Of a stretch of DNA of 64,000 bases, positions 26,077-37,800 are shown piece after piece. Position 1 is the stretch's first letter; the number at the start of each line of letters is the position of its first letter. The position numbers were made by a program, and so were the translations under genes. This stretch comes from Eubacteriales bacterium. GTDB taxonomy: Bacteria > Bacillota > Clostridia > Oscillospirales > CAG-272. The stretch is taken from assembly GCA_045632705.1 (NCBI GenBank), contig JAZQXE010000103.1:381-64380 (forward strand). Direction: 5' to 3'. Below the pieces are notes generated by a model. That model had not been told where the DNA came from, did not search any database, and saw nothing but the letters and a program-made list of their open reading frames with translations.

Positions 26077-27966
26077 ATGCTTCAAAAACCAAAGTACAGA
26101 GATGATACGCGTACTGTCGTGCAGAACGTGTTCGGAGGCTTTAACCGTCACGTCTCGGCATCCGACGGAGATATCGCTTTGCTTTGCAATACTACGAGCA
26201 ACGCCTATCCAACGCTTTCTTCAAGAGACGCAAGATACAAGCATCTCTGGGGATGCGAGATAATGGAGCATTTCAATTCTCTTTTTGAGGGGAGCATGAG
26301 TGCGATAGAACAGAGCGGCCAAAGCGTCAGCGACGGATACCGTGAGTTCTGGACTCCGATCTTCGTCGGAGCGTACGACGTTTCGGATACCGTGATATAT
26401 CTCGTTCTTGCCTCAAACTTTGCAACTGCGAAAAAGGATATGATGCCAATGCTGTACGCGGCGTCCTCCGCCTCGTGCATATCAGAGGGGGTAGCCGTGC
26501 CGTTCAGTGCCGCCTACGAGCAAGACGGCGAGAGACGCGCAAAGCAATTCAAGGCGGTAGCCTATAACGGTAGGCTCGTCGTTTTTACATCATATCAGAG
26601 AGAACAGACCTGCTTTTACCTTGAAGATAAAAGCATAAAGAGCAAGACTCTTGAGCTCGTCCTGCCAAAAGAAAAGACGAAGATGCTCGTCAGACACGAG
26701 CAGTCGGGGCAGTCTACGTTTATTTGCCTTCTATGTGAGGGAGAGGATGCCGAGAACGTCTTTCTCTTGCGTGAGTCAGACACCTATCGCTTTACCTCGG
26801 ACGGCTCGGAGATATGGGTAAAGGTGCTGGAAAAAGAAGAGCTATATCACAGTGATGACGGCAGGGCCGCTATGCTTCTTCTGACGACCTATTATAACGG
26901 GGCGCTGGTGCAAAATTGCGACGAGGAGGAAGCGTTGCGCACGTACGAGAGCGTATCTGCAAACGGCAAAAACGTACTCGTTGAGCGCGTTTTTCCAACC
27001 GTTGAGGGCGTTTGTGCAAACAACGACAGAATATTTGCGGTCAGCGGAAATGAAATATACTGTTGTGCCTCTCTTGACGAGTATAACTGGTTTGATTACG
27101 ACTATACCAGCGTCTCTCGCTCCTTTTATGCAAAGATACCGAGCGTAAAGCGTTTCGTGTCGGTCGTCAGCTATCTTGGAAGCGTCTATCTTTTTACTGC
27201 CGAAGAAATATACAAGCTCTGGGGAAGCACGCCCGACGCCTTTTCCTTGTCCTCCGTCGGAGGTATAGGAGTCGGGGCGGAAGCGGCAAACTCGTTCGGC
27301 ATTGCGGATTCCCGCCTTTTCTACGTTTCTGCTCGCGGTCCCGCGTTCTTTGATACCGACTCAACTACGCTTGTGTCGGACGTTTTCGGAGCGTGGCGTG
27401 ATCCTCTGCCTACGATAGGGTGTGCAGACGGTATCAAATATTATTTCAGCGACGGAATGGACCTGTACGTCTACGATACCAGATACGGCGTTTGGCACGT
27501 CGAGAGTATGCCGCGGGAACACGGAAAGATAAAAAATATGCTATGCATCGGTGGAAATATGATATTCGTTTATTCGGACGGATATGCCGAGAGTATCGAG
27601 AAGAGTGACAGTACCGAGAGGGCGGAGCGAGTCGTTTCTTCGGTTGAGTTTGCGGATATTTGCGAGGGACTCGAGAGGAGTCTTGTGCCCGTCGAGTTTA
27701 CTATGCGGCTGCTGCTCGCCGGCGGAGCGTCCTTTCACTTATACATAGTCTACGGCAGCTACGACTCGGAGACTCAGACGGGAGAGAGCGAGAGTGAGCT
27801 TATCTACGAAACCTCGCGAGAGGGAAAGCACGTTCACGTCGTGCGATTTTCTCCGAGAAGACGCTGTGAGAGCTATCGTTTAAGAATCAACGCCGAGGGC
27901 GGTTGGCGCTTATATTCGCTTACGAGAAGATACCAAATATCAACGAATGAAAATTGGGGAGGATAA
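26077..27966 (+). CDS. 629-aa virion protein (tail/nozzle candidate)
   Basis: SD ggagggagg, in the late operon. No motif recognised. Confidence 0.55.
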   Translation: MLQKPKYRDDTRTVVQNVFGGFNRHVSASDGDIALLCNTTSNAYPTLSSRDARYKHLWGCEIMEHFNSLFEGSMSAIEQSGQSVSDGYREFWTPIFVGAYDVSDTVIYLVLASNFATAKKDMMPMLYAASSASCISEGVAVPFSAAYEQDGERRAKQFKAVAYNGRLVVFTSYQREQTCFYLEDKSIKSKTLELVLPKEKTKMLVRHEQSGQSTFICLLCEGEDAENVFLLRESDTYRFTSDGSEIWVKVLEKEELYHSDDGRAAMLLLTTYYNGALVQNCDEEEALRTYESVSANGKNVLVERVFPTVEGVCANNDRIFAVSGNEIYCCASLDEYNWFDYDYTSVSRSFYAKIPSVKRFVSVVSYLGSVYLFTAEEIYKLWGSTPDAFSLSSVGGIGVGAEAANSFGIADSRLFYVSARGPAFFDTDSTTLVSDVFGAWRDPLPTIGCADGIKYYFSDGMDLYVYDTRYGVWHVESMPREHGKIKNMLCIGGNMIFVYSDGYAESIEKSDSTERAERVVSSVEFADICEGLERSLVPVEFTMRLLLAGGASFHLYIVYGSYDSETQTGESESELIYETSREGKHVHVVRFSPRRRCESYRLRINAEGGWRLYSLTRRYQISTNENWGG

Positions 27967-27968
27967 AA

Positions 27969-28823
27969 ATGGCAACGGATTACAAAAAGCTGATAACCGA
28001 GCTTGAAGATAAATACGAAAACGAATACGGTAAATTCAACTACGACGCCGAAAAGGACGAGCTTTATAAGCTCCAGCGCAAGCAGCTTGAGCGCGCGGGA
28101 AAGTCGGGAGTGAGCGATACTCTCGCACGCTACGCCGCAAATACGGGAATGGGAGGCTCCTCCGAGGCTATGGGGGCAGCTCAGCAGACGGCTTCTCAGT
28201 ATAATTCTATGATATCCGACGCGCTCGCCGCCGCAGAGCAGAAGCAGTACGAGAGATGGAGCGCGGAGAAAAGCTCACTTGCCGACAAGATAGCAAATAC
28301 CAAAAACGAGGCGCTCACGGATGCACAAAACCGCCTTGCTCTGGGAGATACTTCGGGATACAAGGCGCTCGGATACGATACGAGCGAATACGAAAGGCAG
28401 CTTGAGTCGAATTCCACCTCTACGGAGAAGCTCGGAGAAGCTCTCGGAGCTAACGGTATGACAAAAGCACAGTACGAGAGCGAGCTCTCGCATCTCAACG
28501 AAATGCTCCGTACTTACAGCGTGACTGATCTTGGCAGTCTTACCTATCAGAAATACGTTACCCGCATAAACGACGCGATAGCCAAGCTCAACCGCGAGTA
28601 CTACGGCGGTATGTCGATGCAGGGCTACACGGTAGAGCAGCTGATAGACAGAATGGCAGAGGTTACGGGTATGGGAGAGGAATATCCTCTCAACTATACG
28701 CAGTACAAGGCGCTTGCCGATTATTTCAGCGAGGAAGGCGGCGAGGCGTATCTGCGCGCAAACGGAATAACCTATACGCCCACGGGGTCTTATATCCCAA
28801 CTTTTCACGATTTGGAACGGTAA
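27969..28823 (+). CDS. 284-aa helical virion protein
   Basis: SD GGGGAGGA lies 6 nt before ATG 27969. The sequence is A/Q/E-rich and helical. Confidence 0.55.
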   Translation: MATDYKKLITELEDKYENEYGKFNYDAEKDELYKLQRKQLERAGKSGVSDTLARYAANTGMGGSSEAMGAAQQTASQYNSMISDALAAAEQKQYERWSAEKSSLADKIANTKNEALTDAQNRLALGDTSGYKALGYDTSEYERQLESNSTSTEKLGEALGANGMTKAQYESELSHLNEMLRTYSVTDLGSLTYQKYVTRINDAIAKLNREYYGGMSMQGYTVEQLIDRMAEVTGMGEEYPLNYTQYKALADYFSEEGGEAYLRANGITYTPTGSYIPTFHDLER

Positions 28824-28838
28824 TAAAGGAGCGGTAAT

Positions 28839-31800
28839 ATGTCAATAGCAGATATCAAAGCGTTGAGCGACGAAAAGCGCACGAAAGATACCCTTGCAAA
28901 AACGAACCGAGAAAGTGCCGCGACGTTGACTCCCAACGCATCGGCACTTTATCGGGCAAAGGAAAATAAGCTTGAAAGGCTCGGCAAAACGAAAGCAGGA
29001 ACACCCGTTATCAGCGGGCTTGATTCTTATTATAAGCAGTACAGCGACGCCGTAAAGACGGAGAAGGATGCGGATTCTCTCTACTCACGCCTTTCGGGAC
29101 TTTCCGCAAGTAACGAATATCTGAAAAAGGACGTTGAAGGGATGCGCTCAAAATACGGAGACGAGTGGGCGGACGCCCAGCTCTCCAATCTTTCGAGCAT
29201 AAAAAGATCTATAAAGGACGCCGAGTTTTCACGTCTTGTAGGTGAGTACGAGAAGGCGGTAGAATACAACGCCTCACTTTACGACGGAGACGTATATAAC
29301 GAAAATAACGCATACTCCCTCGAAAAGCTGAAGGCAGATGCGGAGGCGTTTGGCAGAAATGCGCACGAGTGGTACGACTACGTAGAGTCACGCCGCACGG
29401 AGAAGGGGGACGAGTGGGCGGATAGTGCGAGAGCCTTTATTGACCGGGCGGGCAAGTTTTACGGCAGCGCGTGGAAGAATTACGCCTCACTGATGGACGG
29501 CGCTCAGACTCTGACTGCGGGCGGGGCGTACGAGAGTGACGCCGAGAGATACGCCGCACAAAACAAAGCGTATCGTGACGCTCTCTACTCGTCAAAATAT
29601 AAGGACCACACCTACGACGAGCTGATGTCGGCAAAGAGCGACCTTTTTAGAAACGAGAAGAAAAACGACACGAGCACTCCGCTCCCCTACGAGATATACA
29701 ACACGACCGCAAAGGGCGATTCGGTTTCCTCTCTTTTGAAAACGAACGCAAAACCGAAGCTTGATCTTTCTGCCCGCGTCGGCATATCGGACGAGGAAGC
29801 AAAGCGGGAGCTTGACTGGATAAACGAGCATAAAAGCGATATCACGTATCTGCTCGGAGCGGACGACGAGACGATCGACCGAGTCAGACGCGGTATGGAA
29901 GCAGAAAACGAAACGCTCAAAAACGAGCGCAACCGACTCGCCTCAGAAATACGCGGCATAAAGGATCCGACCGAGTCGGAGCGCGAGAAGATAAAAGAGT
30001 ATGAAAAGCGGATAAAGGAGATAGACGACAGGGTAGAATACGGTATTCTCGGCTATACCGACGACGGTATCGCCGTTACCTTTGACAATATCAAGGCAAT
30101 AAACAGGGCAGACACGACACTCGCGGACATTGAACGCTCCGAGGAGCAAAAAAGAGCCTTTGAAAAGGCTCAGATGCGCAATAACGAGCTTGAAATGATA
30201 AACGAAATTGCGAGAGTCACCTCCGAGCCTACTTTTATCGTAAAAAACAACGAAAAGAAAAAGAAGCTCGACGAAACCGAGCTTGACGTGGGAGAAGACG
30301 AAGTGCAGTTTTATTCTTCCTTTGCGTCAGCCGAGAGTGCGTTTGACTTGCTTACTCCCGAGCAAAAGGATCTGTGTGAATATATTTCAAAAACATACGG
30401 TATACACATCGTAAACGGCGGACGATTTGACGTAGCGGAGCTGGAGCGTGCGCGCCGACGTCTCTTTGAAGAGAAAAACGCGGCGGTCAGCCGCTTTGAA
30501 GCGTACGGATACGACTTTGGTGAGCTTGATTATTATCTCGATCTCAAGGAGGATATCAAGGAAAGTGCCAAAAGAGCCGAGGAGGATGCCGCGTGGGCAA
30601 AGGAGCACCCCGTACTGTCTACGATATCCACGCTATATAGAGCCCCTCTGACCGTTTTTGACTATGCGGATAATCTCATAGATTCCTCAAAGGGAATCGG
30701 CCGCGAAAACTCCATATACGGTGTATCGAATGTATACGACGATAATTTCATTAACAGAAACAATACCTATCTCGGAGCGGTGAGCGAGTCGATATACGAT
30801 AGCGTAAAGGACACGACGGACAGTACCACTCTTGCCTGGCTTGCGAGCACGGCATATTCGGGAGTTACCTCCGCTACGCAATCGGCTATGACCACCGCCG
30901 TATGTGTCACTTTGTTCGGGCCTGCTCTCGGCTCAAAGGTAGCACTCGGCGTTATGGGCGCGGAGGCGGCATCTTCGAGCTACAACAACGCGGTGAAAAA
31001 CGGTTCTTCAAACCTCGAGGCTCTGCTCACGAGTATGGCGGCAGGCACGGCTGAGGTCCTCTTTGAAAAGCTCCCGATGGACAACCTTATAAAGCTCGGA
31101 CGAGGAATGAACGCAAGCGAAATGTCTGGACTGCTCAAAAAGGCACTGTATGCGTCAAGCGGTGCGTTCAAGCAGGCTCTGACGGAGGCTGGCGAGGAGT
31201 TCGGTACGGAAATAGTAAATCTGCTTGCAGACGAGCTGATAAACGGTGACCACAGCTCTTACGCAAACAACGTTAAAAAGCTTATGACTGACGGCTACAC
31301 CTACGACGAAGCACGGCAAAAGGCAAGCGAGGAGGTCGTGCTCGGAGTGCTGTCCTCCGCTATAGGCGGATTTATAGGAGGTGCTTCGTCGGGTAGCGTC
31401 GGAAGCATCGTCGGTTTATCACAACTTCTATCCGATAATAGCTCGGAGAGAGATATGCTCGACACTCTTACCTCGCGTGAGTTTGCCGAGGCGGAGAGCG
31501 AGAGCTTTGAATTGCTGCGCGAGCTTGCCGCATCGGACAAAAAAGTCGCGGGCGTTACTCTCGCAGGATACGTTGATGAATATTCGGCTCTTCGCGATGA
31601 GGTGACAGACACAGGGCTGAAAGATGCAATAAGCGAAAAAATATCCGCGCTTTCGGAATTTGCACTTGAAAACGGAATCCCGCTTGCTACCCAAACAAAA
31701 AATATTAAAACGACGGCAGATATCTCGCCAAACGTACCGATAGACGCATTTTTAGACGGTGCTACTCTTCATACCAAGCAAAAGGGCGGCAAAAAAACAA

Positions 31801-34800
31801 CTGCACTCCGCCGAGCGTATTCGCTGGTGAGTGCAGTTCCGGAGTCAGTAGACGGAATATTGTCTCTGTTTGAAAGAACGGGTGCTAACGTAAAGAATAT
31901 AATAGAGGATCAGACTTCTTGGTATTTGCAGAGCTATACAAAACACATTTCTCAGACGGAATTTGCCAACATCGACTCAACTCTCGGTTATCATTACGCG
32001 CAAGAAAAGGCACGCGGAATAGTGACGGATGAGTATGTGCGGACGCAGGTAGCCGCGCAGTATCTTGCCTCTGTTATCGCAAAAGGAGGCTTTAGCAAGA
32101 GTGCATTTGACATCAGCGCATCAGATCCGATGACCGTACAGCGCCTTGTCAATATCGCAAGCGGTGCATACCACAAGAGCGCGGCAAAGTCACTTGTCCG
32201 CCGTGCGAACAGACTATCCGAAATAGAAACGGTAGCCGGTAAAATAACTGAAATGATGACTGAGGCAGAAAGATATGAGGCACTAAAAAACAGAAAACTA
32301 CAGGTGGCTCAAGTCAATCAAGAAAACGCAATCAAGATAGCAGAGACTTCTCCTGAGCTGATTGATAAAACGTTGAAGAAATCAAACGCTCTGCGGTTGA
32401 TAAAACGTCTCGGAGAGGAGTTCGGTGTATTTAAACAATATCAAAATTCAGATATTGACATAAAATTTGAATTTGGTAAAAATAATTTAGCAGAGAGTTT
32501 AACAAAGCAAAAAGGTAACTATGACCTGTATGCGCACATGCTATCTTGTTTTGATGAGGTAGTAGAGAACGCTATCGGAATTGAGGTGCATAACAGAAAC
32601 CAAGACGGATATATACCTGATCCGACACTAAACAAGGTTTATGTTTTGTGTAGTGCATTTGAAAATGAAGACGGTATTATTCCGTGCAAGCTGTCTGTTA
32701 AAGAATTTAATGACAAAACAAACCGACTGTATGTCGCGGTAGCGCTGGAAAGCATAAAAAAAGACAGGGTCGTTAGTATGGGTGTCCCGAATACTCGGTC
32801 TCACGTCCGTACCTCGCCTGTCACTATCAGTATACGCGATTTGTTTGCAAATGTCAATAGCAGGGATGTTGATTTTCTTAAATACATCCCGGATAAGTTT
32901 TTGAGTGAGGAGCAGATAGCTGCAAAAAGTGAGCAAAAAAACAACAGCAACACCTCCTACAACACAAAAACCTCAAAATCGCATACGTCTGCGAATTTGA
33001 ATGGCCGCATTACGATAGACGGGGAAGTGTCAAAAACGAAGAATAATTTTAAAGGATCTCTGCCAGACGAGAGAATATTTATCGATGAAAACTTAAAAAA
33101 ATCGTTTAGAGGCGTTGCCGAAGATGGAAGAAAGATATATGAATCCAATTTTCCCTTTATGTTAAAAGCTTATACGGATAAGCAAAAAGAAAATTGGGTG
33201 GGCAGTAAACGGATAGTACTCTATGAAAACGAAAAACAGTTCAGAGAGTTTATCAATGAGTCATTGAATAACAAACAGTACAATAAAAAAATGTATTTTG
33301 GCGCCGTTAGCTCCGAGCTTGCAGAATTAATACGAAATAAAACGGGAATTGAAGCAGAAGGATACAACGTATCGTTGTCTTCAAATGAGATACGTAAAAT
33401 AATAAAAGATCACGGTGATGAAAACAAAGAATTGCCGAGAGGGCAGAGAGCTGTTACGGCAGATGATTTTTTGAATATTCCTAAAGTAATACAATCACCT
33501 GATGAAATAAGGAAAGGACAAAAAGATTACGATGGAAAACCTGTAATCTTGTTTGATAAAGTTTTCAAAGGTCAATTTACTGTTGTTGCAGTAGTATCGG
33601 ATAAACATTTAGATATCAGAGTGCAAACTTCCTATATAGGCATAAAAAAAGGAAACCTTGCCACGCCGGTAGATGCAAGCTCCCCTGCCTTTACGTCCGA
33701 AACGAGTCGTGGTACAGTTTCCGATATAATAATACCACATTTACAGGGAAAAGTCAATATCAATGTAAAAGAGAAGTCAAACGGTGATTATGTATATAGA
33801 TTTAATGCAGAGAAAAAGTCCTCCACCCGACGGACTTTACATGCCGGCGTAAGCACCGTTAAAGGTGCCAATGGAGAACTGTTTCTTGACAACAATATAT
33901 CACAAGATACTTTTGTTGTCAATAGTAATGATATGCAAAATAAAGAAAAATATACAGAAAAAATCAGCGGTCAAAGTGTAATCTCCGAAAACGGACATGG
34001 AACACCCTATCAAACCGCTGACGGTAGTAGTGTAACACATCCCGGCGAAAAAGTCAACACAAAAACCTCAAAATCGCATACGTCTGCGAATTTGAATGGC
34101 CGCATTACGATAGACGGGGAAGTGTCAAAGCTGACGGACGTTCAACTCGACTCTATCGACGGTATCGGTGTACTTGCAAGGGCGCTCGGTCTGAACGTGC
34201 ATATCTACAACAGCTCCGTAATTGACGGCGAGAGATACATAGTAAATTCGGATGGGGAGGTCATCAAAAGTCCAAATGGCTGGTATGACACAAATGACGG
34301 CAGCATACACATCGACGTCAACGCAGGCGGCAGGGGTACGATGCTCTTTACGATGTCTCACGAGCTTACTCATTTTATACGCGATTGGTCAAGACAAAAG
34401 TATGAAAAGCTCGAGCGCTACGTTCGTGCTTTCCACGAGGAAGACGGCAGAAGTATAGATGAGCTGAAAAACGAGCAGATAGAGCTCGCCCGACAAAACG
34501 GTATTGCTATCACCGACGACGTTGCAATGGAAGAGGTAGTAGCAACTACACTCGAGGGTATGCTCTCTGACGGCTCTATTATCGAGCACGTTGCCAACAT
34601 CCGCAAGATAGATACTACCCTCGGTGATAAGATCAAGAGCAAGATCTCCGAGTTGATACGTAAGATAAAGGACGCCTATGCACGTATTCCCGCACGGACA
34701 AGTAACAGCACGTTTCTCTCCGAGACTGAGGAAGCTCTTGCGGAACTTCAGGCACTCTTTGAGGATGCACTTCTCAACGCGAGTGACAACTATACCCGCG

Positions 34801-37800
34801 CGGAAAATAAAAAAGCCTCGGGAGAGGGCAAAAGATACAGCATCAAATATCCGAAATATTCCAAAGCAGAAATCGAGTCCAATATAAAACAACTTTCGAA
34901 AATGTCATCTGTTTATGATGTTTCTGCAGAAAAGCTGAAGAAAACAGGCGTGTCGCCGAAAGAGCAATTCAGACAATATTTCAAGTCATTAAATGAAAAT
35001 ATCTACACAGAAGAGTTTGGAGATGTTTCGCTGCGGAATTCAAGCGTAAAATCGGAAATCAGACACGGTATTACTGCCGAAAAAACAGCTTCCATTGAGG
35101 CTATCCCGGCAGTTTTGGAAAAAGGAAAAGTGGTTTTCTCAAAGTCCAAAGAAACCGACACCGAAAGAATTGTCGTCGCTGCTCCGATAAAGATCGGTGA
35201 CACTACTTATTTTATGGGTGTGATGCTCCAAAGAAACTCACAGAATCAGCGCTTGTATTTGCATAACGTTGTGATAGAAAAAGAGACTTCGTTTCCTTCG
35301 CAAACTGACAGTCTTACGAACTGGGCTCTTGAAGAAAATGAAAGTCTCTATATGACAAGTATACTACAAAACGTATTACGTGTCAAGAATCAGTATATGC
35401 AAAACAGCGGAAATTATACCCGCGCGGAAAATAAAAAAGCCTCCGGAGATGGAGGAGTAATATATGATGTCGGATATACTACTGACAACAAACCCGTAGC
35501 ATTGAACATAAAAAAGGTGGATATGCGTTCACCGTCCAATAGCAATAATGCCAAGAACAGCAGCAACATATCCACCAACAACAATGTATCACAAGATACT
35601 TCTGTTGTCAATAGTAATTATATGAAAAACGGCGGCAACTATACCCGCGCGAAAAACATAAAAGCCTCCGGAGAGGAGACGGATAAGAAAAAGTACGATC
35701 TTGACGAGAGCTTAGGTATACAGTTGTATGATTGGCTTTATGGGCAAGGTAAAAAGTATGGAAGTTACAACGGAGAGTTTTTTAAGTTAGGAACAACACC
35801 TACAATATTCACAAAGCATGGTGCTCCTTCTGTTGAATTGATAATGTATGATGACGTTATCACTAAAGTTACAGGTGGAAAACATAACATTTCTTTGGAT
35901 GAAATTGCAAAGCTGCCATCCCAATTAAACGATCCTATTTTGCTGTTTTCAGGAAGTGTGCCGAATAGTTTTGTTGCACTTACAGAGCTTGTGGATAAGC
36001 TGGGGAATGATGTTATTGTAGCTGTTCATATCAATAAACATTATTCAAGAAATGTTGTAAACAAGATTGCAAGTTTATACAGTAAGTCCGATAACAATGG
36101 GAACAACCGTATAATTGACTATATAAAGCGGCAGATCAACGAGCAAAACTTGATAGATGCAAGCAATAATAAAGCATCCAATTGGTTTACGACCAGAGGG
36201 CTCCAATTGCCCAAGGTGGTTCAAACCATATTGGATGCTAACAAAAGGATATCACAAAAAGATCCTGTTGTCAATATTGATGATATGCAATACGGTGATG
36301 ACTATACACAGAAAGAAAAACAAAAAGCCTCGGGAGAGGACAAAAGATACAGCATCAAATATCCGAAATATTCCAAAGCAGATATCGAGTCCAATATAAA
36401 AGAATTGGCAAAGATGGCAAGCGTTTATAACGTTTCGGCGGAAAAACTAAAGAAAACGGGCAAACGCCCACGTGAAATGTACGAAGAGTTCTTTGCATTG
36501 AATAATAACAATATCTATGTGGAAGAGTTCGGAGATATTGAACTGTCAAAAGCGAGTGTCAGAGAAGAAATCAGACACGGCGTTCCCCCCGAAAAAATAG
36601 CGTCCATTGAGGCGATCCCGGCGGTACTCAAAAACGGAAAGGTAGTTTTTTTCAAAAACAAAGAAACAGACACCGAAAGAATTGTCGTTTGTGCTCCTGT
36701 TACGATCGGAAATACTCCATATTTTATGGGAGTTATGCTCCAAAGAAACTCACAAAACAAACGGTTATATTTGCACAATGTTGTGATAGAAAAAGAGACC
36801 TCGCTTTCTTCGCAAACTGACCTGGTTACGACAGGGGCTCTTGAAGAAAACGAAAGTCTCTCTATGACAAGTATACTACAAAACGCATTACTTGTCAAGA
36901 ATCAGTATAATGTTGTGATAGAAAAAGAGGCATCGAGTTCTTCACAAGCTGACAGTCTTACGAACTGGGCCCTTGAAGAAAACGATACCCTCTTTATAAC
37001 AAGTATACTACAAAAAGTATTACATGTCAAGAATCAGTATATGCAAAACGGCGGCAACTACACCCGCGCAGAAAAGAAAAGATCCTCCACAGAGGGAGGA
37101 GTAATATATGATGTCGGATATACTACTGACAACAAACCCGTAGCATTGAACATAAAAAAGGTGGATATGCATATGCCGTCCAATAGCAATAATGCCAAGA
37201 ACAGCAGCGACATATCCACCAACAACAATATATCACAAGATACTTCTGTTGTCAATAGTAAGTATATGAAAAACGGCGGCAACTATACCCGCGGAGAAAA
37301 GAAAAAAGTCTCCGAAGAGGAGACTAAAGCAAGTGCAGCAAACAGTTCAGGGGAAACGGGAGTAGGCATATTATCTCAGAGCTTTATAGATAAGACTCTC
37401 CGGAGCTTTGCAATAAAATCTCCCGGAGATTTTATACACGTGCAGAGGCAGGTTTTCGGCACTCTTGTGGACGAGGGCTTTTTCACCGATGAAGAAGCTC
37501 GCAGCAGAACGGACGTTAACGAAGAGACGGGAATGGAGATAGAGACAAACAAGAGCGGTATCTATGAGACGTTTGATCGTGATAATTACGGTATACGTGG
37601 CAGAAATATCAAGTTTATCAAACTTGCAACTGTAAGACAACTTCCCGAAATAATCAAAAACGGAACTCTTATAGAGGACAATGTTTTAAATTCTCACAAC
37701 AATTCGAGTAATGTTTCTTTCTCATACATAGAGCACGAGATAGATGTTGACGGTACTCCTGTCACTATAAAAGTGTCGGTAAAAAAAACGCCTCAAAAAA

